DNA of 64,000 nucleotides from Marsupella aquatica. Lineage: Eukaryota > Plantae > Marchantiophyta. The position numbers and the translations under genes are program-made. The DNA is taken from assembly GCA_973895155.1 (NCBI GenBank), contig OZ316896.1:12628549-12692548 (forward strand), in the 5' to 3' direction. Within the stretch, counting starts at the first letter, position 1, and every line of letters starts with the position of its first letter. This document shows positions 24,149-38,171 of this stretch, piece after piece. The notes beneath the pieces are model-generated. The model did not search any database. It had not been told where the DNA came from and saw only the letters and a program-made list of their open reading frames with translations.

Positions 24149-26023
24149 ATTCAGTAATGTACAGAAATTTGAGGGTGAAGGTCTTGCAGCTCTGTCATAC
24201 CATACAACATCCCAGGAGCAGGAGCTACAGTAGATGGTATCGCATTGCCATGGCTGCTGAAAGCAAGGTGACCGTCCAGATTTGAGTCCCAGAAGCTTGA
24301 AGATAATAGAATGATAGTGTGGCCCACATTTGAGACAACTCACTCTCGTCGAATCAGGGAGAGAAAAAGGGACCCACCACTTTGCATTTCAATGTGGACG
24401 TCGATTGCAGATAGGTATATTCTTTTCTGTTCTATGGCCTCCAGATCGAGGGTCCTGTCTATAGAGCATTGTGGGCTATTATGCTTGGAAAAGCGACAGC
24501 TTCAGCTCGAGTTTTGAGGCTTCATTATTCTCCATGATGCTGTGGTAACATGACCTTCATACTCTCAAAGGTTTAAAACATTTATTTTTAGTAGAGGAGA
24601 ACTTTCATAATGAGCTGATCCAAATCTTGATGGTGCATTCTTCTCCAATAATGCCCTGAAATTTACAAAGAGAAAAATCATAAAGGGCATCAAGAAAGTG
24701 AAAGTGGAGTGCTTCCCCCCCCCCCCCCCAGTTCTGGCTCCTCGACCATTTTCATGACTCTATTTTATCTTTTCTCCATTCATGTTTCTCAGAGGAAATT
24801 GCCAAATTACCCCCACGAGCTGCCACATTTACCAATGCACCCTCCCTAATTCTTTGGAATGGAAGCGTTCCTTATGCCATAGCCCTTGTTAATGGGGATT
24901 GAGAGTAATGAGCAAACCACAGATGCTAGCATTGTTGTTGCACAACACAAAAAAGTTTTCAGGCTACTGGCCCATTGGCCATCTGTTATGCAATGCTGTT
25001 GATAGGAAGTGATCTTGAGGGGAAGTGTTGTAAAGCATAAATGAGATGACCAGACAATCAAACAGTGCAAGGAGTCAATTAGTTGGTCTGGCAACTGAAT
25101 TTCAAGAAGTGTGCAAAGCTATGGAGAGAGTGACAGGTTAGGCTTGGAAAAGGTACACAGTGGCACCTTTGGGTCTAGCTTATGGTTAAGAACAAATGTC
25201 ATCCTGATTGAACTACCAAGGAGTCTTCCTGCCAAATGACATTAGAAAACAGACAATTAGAAAACAAATTATGAGAAAGAAAAAAAAGGGATTGCATACT
25301 ACAGTGCTTAGATTAGATTATCATTGCAAGTCAGCACAAAGTCAGAGCCACGCTCTCAGAAACAAAGAACACTTTTGCCCTGCCAAGACTAATTTCCCCT
25401 TTTCTTGCAGTTGATGTTTGGAGGGACCACCAAGTTTGACCTAGGACTCAATGGACCAAGTAGTTTTTTACACTATTTTTCAATTCCTACAGTAGATGGG
25501 GGAAATATGTTTTTGAGGTAAATAATACCATTTCAAGATCCTCTATGCAAGTTTAGAGTCTCCATAAGAACTTCTTGTCAAACACTGGTCTATGGAGCTT
25601 AAGTTTCCATTTTTTGCCGCCACATCCTGTGTGTATTGTAAAAAGAGGAGAATAGTAGAGAGGGCAAATCATTGCTGTTGTCCAAGAGAGGGAGGGAGAA
25701 TCATTGTTGTTGTCCCCCTTCCCTGGAAAGTATGGAATGGAGAGGTTTCTATTGCCTTGGAAAGCAAGTTTATGATTGAAATTGACACTATACAAAGAAC
25801 AGAGGCCAAGAATTCTTCCACTGTTCATCTCTATAGAATGAGGTCCCCTTTTTCCTCAAGGAATCCATTCCTTTAGCCAGAATTGGAAGATTATAAGCCC
25901 TTGCATCCCTCATAATCTTTTCAATGGATATTTTGGCCCTGTTTTGGAGAAAAGCAAAACAAAACTGAAGTGGCCAAAAAGTGACCTTTAGAGTTTCAGT
26001 CCAAACCACTTTTTTTATACGTC

Positions 26024-26292
26024 TAGCCACTTCCGTCCAAAACTCAAAGCACCATGAGAATAACAAGACTCGATTGAAACTTATGGCTAAGAGATGAACG
26101 AAACACTCCCAACTATGCATAATCAGAAAAAACTCCTCAGATCTTTCTATCTCACTTTTCCGTCCAAAACACAAAGCCTAGCCACTTCCGTCAAAAGCTA
26201 AGAGATGAATGAAACACTCCCAATTAAGAATAATCAGAAAAAACTCCTCAAACCCTTCTATGTCACCATTTCCGTCCAAAACGCAACGCAGG
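26024..26292. repeat. Diverged tandem duplication (~155-bp spacing)
   Basis: TAGCCACTTCCGTC..GCTAAGAGATGAA(C/T)GAAACACTCCCAA..AATCAGAAAAA CTCCTCA..TTCCGTCCAAAAC occurs twice. Confidence 0.65.
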
Positions 26293-27095
26293 CATGAGAA
26301 TGAACTGATGACCAGCATTAGTTCCGATCGTATCAGAGAGTCCTTCAGTTGCGTTCATCATCATGGGTTTGGAGATTTACAAACTCCATTGAAAAATCCC
26401 ACTTTTCTCCCGATTTTCATGACACAGTGAAAAAACCCATGAACCAGTTTCCTCTCCGTTACTCGGAATTCGTGTAACGGCCTTGGATTTTGTTTTTGTG
26501 GAACTTACAGTCAACCTGGAAGGTCACCTGTTCTCGTTGGATCTTCAAGACCATCCCTCTTGCGGCGTTCGTAGCTCGCTTACTCATGCAGCTCGGACCA
26601 CGGTGAAAAGCCCCTGATTGACAGGTGTGAAATGCAGCACGAAGTCCAACTGTAATTTTATTGCTTGCGCGAAGTTTCCTCAAGATAGGTAGCTTTCACA
26701 GTTCTTAGACGAAGGTTCTACCATCTCCATCTTCATCTTCATCGAGCGACACAAAACTGACTCAGAGGACGCTGTACAAATTTATATCGAGAAAGCTTTC
26801 AAAAGACTGAAGATCTAACTCTGTAGATCTTTGTGTTCTGGCGCTCTGGGGAAGATTTGCAAGAGACCCTCAGGTCATTGTTTATAACATCTAAGAGATT
26901 TTAAAACAATTTGACATGAAAGAACATCGCTTAATCCGCAGCCTATTAAGGCAGTAAAATGAATCAAGTAGATGTGCACTGCGTCACGTTCCTTAGAAGT
27001 ATCTCAGGGTTTGATGTAGTGAGTGCTTGCGTTTTGAGAAACCCTCGTTGAGGACCCTATCACGAAAGTCGATTCCAAGCACTGTCCCAACGCGT

Positions 27096-30000
27096 TTACC
27101 GCAGAAGATCATAGAAAACCTTCGGTCTCTTTCTTAGCGACAAAGTCGCCTCCTGAGAAACAACCGGCCACATGATCAACACGCTAGTCCAAGAACACAG
27201 CAATAGCATGTACTTGATTGAAAGAAAAGTCATATTTTGGACGTCATGGGTGAGAAAGACCCATCTGCTGCCTAAAACCATTCTCATGCAATTCAATTCA
27301 CTATAAGTGAGAGCGAGAGCATGTGTCAGAAAACATTGTAATAGCCAGAAAGAAATCCTTCATTCTAGTGAAATAGCGATGGATAGACAGAGTCTTGCAC
27401 TTTAGCAAAACAGAGACCTACCTATTTGAACACAACATATGGTTTAGAGTGGGCCAGAGATTTTACCTCGATTGCTGAAGCCACTCGCAGCAATGTGGCT
27501 TCCTCCCAAGGCCTACCTATAAGTTGCAGCCCAATCGGCAGCCCATTTGAATCATGTCCCACCTGTGTAGCACGGCCAATGTCAGACTCTGGATGACAAT
27601 GGGGGTACAAGGGAAACTTACGAAAGGTGTCCCTCGAGAGTAAATGAGTGCCGATATATTGTAATCATTTTGCTTCATATTGACATACTGGCGGTACCGA
27701 TGTGATTCAGGAAAGTGTACTGAACGTTCTGCTCAGAAGAGGTATCATCATCCAAATGGACGATGCCCCTAGGCAGTCCAAGAAGGGAGCCAAATCAGAT
27801 ATGTTTAGCATTCGCGAGACAGTTCAATCTAAAATTGGACGACAGCATCATACCGGCACGCTTAGACATGGAAGGCCGAGAAGATTTCCTTGAAGCACAA
27901 AGCGCATTAGACTTGCTGCAAAGGCAACACAGAAGAGTCACACATTGCTTAATCATGTACCTTTGCAGAAAGCATGAGAGCATCTCCTCTACTAAATTAA
28001 TCTTGAGTCAAGTAGAGACGAGCAAACATTTGAAAACTTTGTCATTGGAAGCTTTGTGTAGGATATGTTTTCGATATCTAAGAGATCGATCGGCACCTGT
28101 CTTCTCCAGATCGCTCTCACCAATCTTCAGAGCAGCAGGATTTATTGGCGGAGCTGTCATGCTACGCGTGGACAACACACAGAAAAATATTTAAACTTGG
28201 TAGGCATCTGCAAAAGTAGAGATTCTCAACGACATCCTGAATGATCACGGTTGGTAGCAATATATTTCAAGGACCGAAAGTCCTGACGTTGTCGTCTAAA
28301 TCTTTTACTTACGCTGTTGTAGGAGTTACAACTACGTCCACTGACTTCAAAGCTTCCATGTAATAGTACATAGCTCTCCTTCTGCAATCCAATGTTCCCA
28401 GGATTGGACATTACAAAAAGAAATAATCAGGTCATGCCGGCCTGGTTGTTCCAACAATGAGATGTTCAAAACCTTGTTCAGACGATAAAACATCCAAAAT
28501 ATCACTTGAAATTGAGATATCTGAAACTCTTTTGACAGAAAGGATGTACCAGTCTTAGAAATGGTTTTCGAATTTGCTGCATTAAAGTCATATTTGAAAA
28601 CTGAGATTTCAAAATACTTACTTGAGTTGTTGAGCTGCGACATAATGACTTGAATTGAAAGATTTGAAGAGAGCCAAATTGGCACGAGCTTCGTGACACA
28701 TTTCCTTCTTTCTGCAAGTATAAAATTGTAGAGCTCATCAATTTACGGAAACATCATGTTACAAATAATTTGACAGAAAAGAAGTCACGTGATTCAGGAA
28801 AGAGAATTGTTTAGAAGACAGAAAGTTGCAACTGATTTCAATGAAGCAGTCTCAGGTCCACATGACACTTCCACCTTGGTTGGAGATAACTGGAATTCAG
28901 TGACACTTACACCGAGCTATAGTACGGATTCAAGGTAGTCGTGTATTCGGTGCCAACTGTAAACATATGAGCCGTTCTGAGTTCTTCTGTCTCTGGTAAC
29001 ACTACCTCCTTGATCTGCGAATATCCGGGAAAACAGCTGATAGTGAGACATTGATATCATGGACTGCTTCTTAGGAACCGTCACGGGCTCGAAAACATAA
29101 GGGATCTCAGGAGTGACGTGTAAAAACAGAGAATCGCAGGCCTTGAAAACCGTGCACACAGGGACAACTGTGGCGAATAACCTCTGTTCCATATTTATCG
29201 TGCAGAATCTCCAAGCTCTTTTCACACGCCGTCGCTATGTCAGTAGTCAGTACGTCCTTCAACCACTGCGAAGACAAGTGAAAGATTTTATAAAAGTTCT
29301 GGGAAGGCATCAATAGTTTCGAAGTTGAATCACAAACGTGACATTACTTTAGGCATTGAGATGAGGCACTTGTATGTGAGTGTATACTTACAGCTGAATA
29401 CTTGCCTATCTTCAGATCGGACATAATGGAACGAGCGTCACCCTTCATGATAGGTACACAAGGTGGAAGCTGCAGCGACCAAATAGAATGAGTGGGACAA
29501 TGGCTATCATTCCCTTAAACAACGACATCCACTCCGTTTTCTTCTGGGGACGGAGTGGATGTCAATTATTAAAACAATGACAACATCGAAAATACAAATT
29601 TATGTTCCAGTATGATAACGCATGTGAGTTTTGCCCGAACTTGCGTCCTCGTGCATACCCATGTGAATTATTTGCTAACGGAATCACATTGCAAAACTGT
29701 TCATTCCTTCCTGTCTCATCCTCAAAGCTATCACTCACTCGTTTACATGAAAGCCCTTCTAGATGCAAGGACTATTGATATGTCTGTGACAGTATTTATG
29801 AAACCAGGACCTCTATCGAGAGAAGTCTGATATCAGCAATACATCTTGAATCTGGTTTAGGATCCGTCAAACAGTCCAATAAACTTTTCACGTTCTTCTT
29901 CATCTGCGTTAGAAAAGATGTCCTGGCTAAATGGATTAGAAAACTTACTGGTCTGGAATGCAGGATATCCGTTGGGAGAGAACCAAGAAATGCTGCGTAT

Positions 30001-33000
30001 CTGATGAAAAACAGAAAGCGCAAAATCAATACAAAATACTTACGAGTCTGTTTCGATCCTGAACCAATGATATTCAATTGGTACAGGGCTGAATATTTGG
30101 CACCAAAGGTTCAGTTCTTTCCAACAAATTTCAAAGCTTGAAATAGAAATTTGCCAAAACGCTAAAGATAATCAGAATGTTTTTTAATTTTCTGCAAACA
30201 TGAATTTGATTCTTTATGATAATTTTTCGAGGGTTAAAACAAGTTTTCCTGAATTTGCATCAATCGCTTTCAATAGTATTACAGACACCCAAATTACTGT
30301 GAGTATTCAACAATTCAGTGAATCGCACTGCCAGTAGAAAGGAGCAGAACGAATTTTCTAAAGTTTTTTGTGGACCAGTGTCCTTGTCCTTTCTACCGGC
30401 CATCTGTATATTGAAGTGATTTATGAATTGCAGATCAGATGCAGAAGACAACACGTGTCATTGATTAGCCGACATACACAAGAATCAAATCCTCTACATT
30501 CGCTGTAATTGGTCCAACGGATTCCATCGTCCATCCTACCGTTGATACCCTGCACCAAAGTGCGATAAACCGTAAGTAAACACACCCAGTATTTCCTCAA
30601 ACATTCAAAACCCGCGCATAGAGATGACGTAATCAAGTAACGGATATGCGAGAGCAAAGTTTATAGGTTAGCACCCTTCAAGAGTTGTACGACCGACAGT
30701 GACCTTCAATCCCACAGTTCCACATAAACCAGAGGGAATCCGTATAGAACCTGCATGACCAGGTTGTAAAAAGTGTACCAGACAGAGTCAATTCTGGCAT
30801 ACAGGAAATCACGATGATCAATTTTAGGACCTGTATCTGAAGATTCTTACCATCCAAGACTAATGATGTAATGGCCACTATTCAAACCAATATGGGAAAT
30901 CACGAGACTCGTGTGTGAAGTTACTTCAAGAACTGACCTCCAACATCAGTTCCCAAAGCTCCTGAGCACAAACCAGCTGCAACAAGGGCACAGGAACCAG
31001 CAGAAGATCCTCCCGTGTGACGATCCGTATCATGAGGATTCCTGACAGTTCTGCATCAACAAGAAACAGGTCCGGCTTCTGGCTAGTCATTTACATTGAG
31101 CTGGTTAGGTGATCCTTTCCACCCAACTTAATGGCTGCACAAAATCTGAGATGAATGTGAAGCAACACTAACCGAAAATAGCATCCACCTGGGAAGTTCG
31201 CTTAGCTTTCTGTATTAAGGAATGTGGAACTTCTCTTGAGAATAATACCCATAATGCAAATTCTGGCCTTGGACTCCCAATCCGAGCTCGTTCATGTTGG
31301 CCTTTCCGACCAACACGACACCAACTCTCCGCAATCTCGAAACACACTCTGCGTCCTCTTTTACTTCTCTAACCTTGTGAAGCCATGTAGTCCCTCCTAA
31401 AGACATTCACTCAGATGTACACGTCAACGTGACAATCACGGATCCCACCTCCGTCCTTTCCAGTTGAACAGACTAGCCACAATCGTTTTAACAACCTAGT
31501 TTTTCTTAACAAAAGCTGCGTGCTACTTTCTGATTCTCCTGAGACATACACAACCACAGACAATACCTGTGCTTGGATGAGGATAACAATCAATATCATC
31601 CTTGACAGCAAAGAGGACGCCATCAAGGATCGAAAGAGTTGCTCCTGCACGATAATAACGTTACACCTATTAATGGACAGAACAGAATCTGTTTAGCGTT
31701 GAAGATTCTCTCCTACGTATTATATTTTCTTGACGATCAAGTAAAGCAGCGTTGTGGCACCTACAGTGAGTTGACAAAGGGAATGACTTAACTGAGGTAC
31801 GAAAGTTTTAAAAAGCTAGATTCACAAAAACCAGCGTCGGCATTACAAAAGAGACACTAGTCACTTCAAGAAGAGATAGATCAGAGACAATCCACAACGA
31901 ATCCAATACTTTCCCCACCACAGAATAAGTTAATTTTTCGACAACTTAGTCTGCGGTGAAGGTTCATCACGGCCGGTTCAATTGATTCTAAAGGAGGTTG
32001 ATGGAAACCAACTTTCTCACAACACAACCTGAGGCATGGCGCTTTGTTGATGCAGCAGCTTGGGCACGTACATCCTCTGGTTTGAAAGAAATGAGAAATT
32101 TCATCGGAGGACTTCGTTTCTCTGAATCCTCAATAGCTGATATGAAACGCTCAGCAACCTGCAGCAAACCTTTCCAAATGTAAATTGACTACTTTCACTG
32201 GCTGTGGTTGCCTTGTGAGTACATCTGCTCTGAAGAACAAACAAAAATATCTGTGCATAAGTCTGAGCATAAAACTGCCTCAATAAAGAAGAGAAGTAGA
32301 ATCTTGCATCGGATGGGGTGATGTGACCAGTTTGATAGGCATGTGCATAGTCCCGTATTGTCCAGTACAGATAAGGGAAGTCAGAGCTGAGCTTGTCATG
32401 AAAAGACGCAATAGGGGTGGGCAGGTTTTCCAAAGCCAATCCCAAACGAATGGCAGGATGGCTGTCTTCTTCGACTTGACAAACCTCCACCTCTGTCACT
32501 TCTGTTCCAATCAAATTTCGTCCTGTGAGGCTCACATGGAGACTTCACTTTATTTCAACCTTTAGCAACGCTAAAGTGTACGGAAAATAAGAAATTTGAA
32601 ATGATCTACCTATAGTCAATCCTGTACTATGTCTGCCGTGGACAAGGACTGATTCCTTGTGTTCACAATTGCTCTGATCTGGACTCATCCCTCCCACAAC
32701 TAGTGAAAGTAGATGAAAGGAGCACTTACTGTCAGCTGGATATTCTGGAAAATACATCGGAAAGTCCGGAATGACGGGGATTGAAATGACCTGTGAATAA
32801 CCCAACAACGTTGGTGAATACTGTTATGACAAATCAACTGTAAAGGACGCGTAGAGATATATATATGCCAAGAATACGTATTCTAGAACCACTTCATCTA
32901 TTTCCCGTTGTGTAATGCATGTCCACCCGGTGGATCCGGCAAGCGAAGTTTCAAACCCAAACCACAAAGGATGCCATGAAAAGACAGGGGACAGAAGTGA

Positions 33001-33664
33001 AGGTCAACTTCTTCTGGCACTGCATTCTTTGTCTTTCACTTATGAAATTCGTATGATTTGCCCGCGATTAGCATAGCAAAGTGCAATCAACGAAGGATGG
33101 GTGCTGCTAAATATCTATTTTACTATGAATGAATGTAGAAGTTCTGAGGGCACTCCAAAACGAATCCAAGTGCAAGAACGATAATAGGATCTAAACAAAC
33201 CTCATGGGTCTTATTAGATTTCAGGATATTGGCGAATAGTGCAGGTCCGAGGATGGAATTTTCCGCTGCCCAGACAAATGCTCTGAGTCCTGTCCCTGTC
33301 AGTTTGGGCACTGAACATCAACCACAAGAACGAAAGTCGTATCGTGAGAGCGATTTCTTCCTGGCAGCTGGTTTTGAACAATACTTTCGTCAGAGAACGA
33401 GTATACGAACCAAAACATTCCAATAGGGCGGGACACACGGCAGGCGTGAAAGTCCAAGCCAAGACTACAGAATCACAACGACTGAAATGGCGGAATCCGT
33501 GAGACGATTTTGCTGAGGGATCTAGAACACCAAAATTCGCCATCTCACTGAGAAAGAGGTTTGAAGAGCACGATATACACACCAACAACGTACGGCGACT
33601 CATACTTTGGTGGATCTGCGAGTACGTCCGCAGCAGGACGCAACCTTCTTATCTGTTCAGCCAT
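27096..33664 (-). CDS. FAAH: Fatty acid amide hydrolase (amidase signature family), ~20 exons
   Basis: Exon peptides include [13 protein letters not shown].., [70 protein letters not shown] and the amidase signature [31 protein letters not shown]. Later exons give [53 protein letters not shown] and [11 protein letters not shown]. Not every exon boundary was checked. Confidence 0.92.
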
Positions 33665-34314
33665 TTTAAAATTGCGGTTGCTTAATCTCTGCAATCTGCA
33701 TCCACACCAAACAAAGCACAAGGCTCTAAGTCGGTATCGAGTGACTGAGTGACTGAGACGGAAACTGCAACTGCAACTGATCAACGCTCGGAAGGCGAAA
33801 AGCACAGAGCTATCCGGTGTGATCTACGAAACTCTCGCCCCGACAGGACAGTGCAAGCTTTCATCCGCACGAATTCCTTAGTAGAAAGTGAAAACAGAAA
33901 GGATGTCTCATGCTCTGTCCGTCTGTCTACAATCACATCTGACAAGTGCATTTCTGTCAGCCATTGCACCACTCGTGAAGGTGGCCAGGCCAGTAAATCT
34001 TCTGCTCACTTGTTCTTTCTCAATCCATGAGGTGATTCTTGTGCACACTTTACCAGGAGTCAAATCAAGTCGAATCGAATCGAAAGACAGTGCTTTCGCC
34101 GAGATCGGAGTCCACCTTCCTCGCTCTCTCGACTCGCTATATATGTCAAATGCGACGTATCATTCTGTAAATGCCTCGCGCATTACGCCATACAGCTGCC
34201 TCGTGCACCGCGATCATCATCTCTGGTTCCAAGCCTCTAAGCCTTCATAGCAAAAACCTCTGAGGCTCATGATTCCGTGATTCCCTCTCTCGCAGAGTCG
34301 CGCACGCGAACAAC

Positions 34315-34390
34315 TCCAGATTCTCCAGATTCTCCAGATTCTCCTTCATTACATTACGATACGATACACTACAATACAATACAATACAAT
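34315..34390. repeat. Compound microsatellite (CTCCAGATT)3 + (ACAAT/ACGAT)n
   Basis: Directly visible upstream of the FAAH start. Confidence 0.75.
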
Positions 34391-34880
34391 TCCTCGTGAG
34401 AAAGCATCAGCCTTCTATTCATTCTTCTGATAGTCTAACAAGTTGTCAGTCGTCAGAAGGAGAATTATATATTACGCTGTATCAGTATCACAGTAGGGCT
34501 GACCTTCCTCCAGCGATGGCAGAATTAGAGCTTCCTTCAGTGATGGCAGGATCAATTACTAAACAAACAAACAAAAACAAATAGCTTTGGCTGCTGGGTT
34601 TGTTTCAGAGTACGATTTGGGATTGGGTGGAATGGTTTCCTCCCAGAGATTTCACGTGGAGCTGGAGGACCTGAAGAAATAATGGAGAGCAGTTATGGAG
34701 TGTTGGTCTCATCGACATGCCAGTGACAGGCTGCAGTGCCACTAAAGGGTCAACCGGGTCCAAATGCCAAAGTCACCATGGAGTGAGGACTGGGGGCACA
34801 TTTGAACTAAATATCTTTACCTCTTAAATCTCTCTCCTGGTTATTTGTTGGTACTTTGCAGTGCAAATATCTAACTTAAA

Positions 34881-35086
34881 GCCAGTTTAGAATTTGATAA
34901 TCCCTCTTTACAGGGCATTGTGGGAGATAATGCCTCTAAAACAAAGGCTTTAGCTTTGAGTTTTGAGGGACTACAGCCCATACTATGCCAGTTTAGAATT
35001 TGATAATCCCTCTTTAGAGAGCATTGTGGACGATGATGCCCCTAAAACAGGCTTTAGCTTTGAGTTTTGATGGACTACCCATACTG
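34881..35086. repeat. ~106-bp tandem duplication
   Basis: GCCAGTTTAGAATTTGATAATCCCTCTTTA..GCATTGTGG..GGCTTTAGCTTTGAGTTTTGA..GGACTAC..CCCATACT occurs at 34881 and 34987. Confidence 0.85.
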
Positions 35087-36718
35087 CTCAGCCTCAATAC
35101 GATTAAAAGGCCTAAACATCTTTTATTTTTTGTAAAAGCAGAGAAGTTTCACAATGTGTTTATCTAAATTTTGACTGTGCATTCTTCTCCATAAATGACC
35201 TGAAATTTACAAAGAGGAAAATCATGAAGTGTATAGTGATGTCCTGTTTGCATACAGGACATTGTGAGCCATAAACCCTCCCCCGAGTGTGGGCTTTAGC
35301 TCATTAGAGGGGCCATTATTGCCCACAATGCTCTGGTAATGGGACTTCAATACACATAGAGACCTGAAAGATATCTTATCTATACTACTTCCAGTAAAAG
35401 TAAAGGAGACTCTTCATAGTGAGCTGATCCAAATTTGGACTGTGCATTCCTCTCTATAAAGCACCAAAGTCACAAAGAGAAAAAAATTCCTTAGGGGCAT
35501 GGAGCTTTTGCAATTTGGTTTTACTTTGCATTCAGCAACATTTGTTTGTACTTTGTAGTGCCATTATCGCATAAGTAGGGGCAAATGTGTGAACGCCCAG
35601 CAAAAGTTTTCGGCTATCAAACATTCTAAAAAAAAAGAAAATTCAGAGTAGAGCTCCAAGCATCCCAAAGACCTTTCATAAGGGCATTGTCCCAGAAAAG
35701 CATCCAGGGCAGGCCTGCCCTCGAGCTTTATCCAGGACAATGCTCTCATGAGAAGGCTTCGTTACAAATTGAAAATGGACACTTTGCTTAGCAATAAAGA
35801 GTTGAACAGTTGGCTCAAGTTGGAATGACCTGAGCTGTTGGCATGGAAATAACCAATCTAACTAATAATTCTAGAAGAGAAACTAGATAACAGTTTATGG
35901 TCTAGAATGAAGTCTTAGATTCTCTAGACTATTCTTACAAGGAATCTCTTTTCCGCAGAGTTTGTTCCTACTCAACTGTATTTACGTTCAGGGTATGCCA
36001 TAATTGGGCTAATAAATGCAGAATGCAAGAGTGAATCTGACTAACCTGGCATATGAGTGGCTCCACTCAACCAACCGGGCACGACCAAATGTGGCATGTC
36101 TGGCAAAGCACCAACTGTTGTATTAAGATACTCCCACTAACTCAAAATGTGATTTTATTGTTGAGGGGACTCCACTGTTCATTTGCATAGTTACGAGATG
36201 GACGCCGTAAGTTTGGGTGGGATCTACATTCCAAACTTGACAAGCCTTCTCATGAGAGCATCGTCCTCAATAAAGTCCAAGGGCAGTTTGGTTGTGCGAG
36301 GTACTTTTTGTCCGAGCAATACTCTTGGGATAGGACTTGAGGATGCTTGGAGCCCAATATGAGTTTTTCACAAGTTTGTTTGTCTATGAAACTTAGTTGA
36401 GTGTGAATTCTGTGAGTTGTGAGCAGCCTAGATAGGCTGTCCAAGGTGTTTTCCCATTCTTTCCATTTGGCTCAGTGTAAATGCTGCTCAATTTACAAAT
36501 GACAAAGGCAGGGAAGGCCATGCAGGATAGGACTCCTATTTTTCCAAAGGTCTCTGAAAACATTTATTTTGAGTTAGGATGACAGTCTCCCTTGCACTCC
36601 TGCTTTTGGGTGATAATATTTTACAACCTCCTCCCGAATGCTTTGAAGGACTATGTTTGCAGTGTTTTCCATGTAGCCTGAGCTTAAACCACAACTACCT
36701 ATATAGGAGCTACTCCCA

Positions 36719-37023
36719 GTTTCACTAGGAATGAGCTTGGGCTCTGCCTTTTATGGTGGTTTCACTAGGAAGGAGCTTGGGCAGTTTCACTAGGAATGAG
36801 CTTGGGCTCTGCCTATTATGGTATTTTCACTAGGAATGAGCTTGGGCTCTGCCTATTATGGTGCGTACAATGTTCAGCACAGGACAGGAATGGAGTTTTT
36901 ATGGCCAGGTGTGCTTTTAAGACTTGGGGGCACCTGTCTAGGATGGCTACCTTTGCAAAACCAAGCGACACTATGGTCTGTCTAGGATGGCTACCTTTGC
37001 AAAACCACGCAACACTATGGTCT
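36719..37023. repeat. Two adjacent short tandem repeats (~40-bp unit x3.5; ~44-bp unit x2)
   Basis: TTTCACTAGGAATGAGCTTGGGCTCTGCCT..TATGGT is repeated over 36719-36862. CTGTCTAGGATGGCTACCTTTGCAAAACCA..ACACTATGGTCT occurs twice over 36934-37023. Confidence 0.85.
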
Positions 37024-38171
37024 AATGTGTCAATTGCAAAAGGTAGATTCGAGTCCAGATCCGTTCACTGCACTCGCATGGGTCTAACCCCTGACTGCTA
37101 GGTACTAAATCTAAAGACTTTGGTATGCTCCAAAGTGAAGTTCTTGCACAGGTCTCAAGTGTCAAAGAGGCATGGGTGGACAGGGATGGCAGGCACATGA
37201 AACCCAACTCTCGAGATGAAATTCAGACAACAAAAAATCCACACAGAAATCTCACGATGAGACGGTTTCCACTGTTCTAAATAAAGCATGGCTGTGACCG
37301 TGCCTGAACTCTACAGCTTCGTATCTTTACAAACATATTTAAGGCTTCGAGTTAGTCTTAATATGCAAGGTTTTTGTGTCCCCTTCAATGAGGTTTTTAA
37401 CGATAAGAGTCTTTTTAATCAACACAGTAAATTAGGGGGGGTGCAAGTGCATCCATTCCAGATCTCCAAACGACCGCATTATACCTCAGAAGTCATCATG
37501 CAATGACATGTTTCGAATGCATCTAAGGGCGGTAAAGTAATCGTTCAGAAGGTCACAAAAGTTTCATTTCACGAGTATTGCAAGGACAGGCCACAAAGGG
37601 AGAAAGGTGGTTGTTTCCCCGGCCTGCCTGCCCTACAGGGCCCTGCGTTGCGGGCCACACGCATCAGGTCTCAAGAGTGGTGTAGAACAGCTATAATCAT
37701 AGACGTGGAAAGACTTCGACTTGCAAGCTGAGACACAATACATCTCCCTAAGGTATAATTGAAAGGCAGGGCACAAAGAGTAATCCTTGAGTTGGTGTGG
37801 ATGATTTCAGTGCAGTATAATCAACTGGAAGTGATTTCAAACAGCTTGTATTTGTGCTCAAGTAGATGATCATCTCCTGAATCTAATGATCTTCTACACC
37901 TACACCTCCATCTTTCAATAGCCAAGCAAGTCAGTCAGAAGAAGCAGCATTTCATCTAAATGGCGTCCAATTCACCTTTTACACGGAATCGTCCTTGATG
38001 CCGTCATGCTGCCACTCTACAAAGCCACTTTGAAGCTCCTGACAGATCCATCACCTGCTGCAGAGCCATATCTACGTAAACTAAAGTCATCTTTTCAATT
38101 TCTTTTCTTGAAAATGGATGGCTAAGCTATGTCTTTATGGAGTCACACGGAACTACACGACCGTGCCAATC

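Noticed and set aside
27765-27795. LLGLP-like peptide in a FAAH intron as a duplicated alternative exon
   Set aside because: The match is only about 5 codons and lacks convincing splice sites. The real exon is at ~27854-27915.
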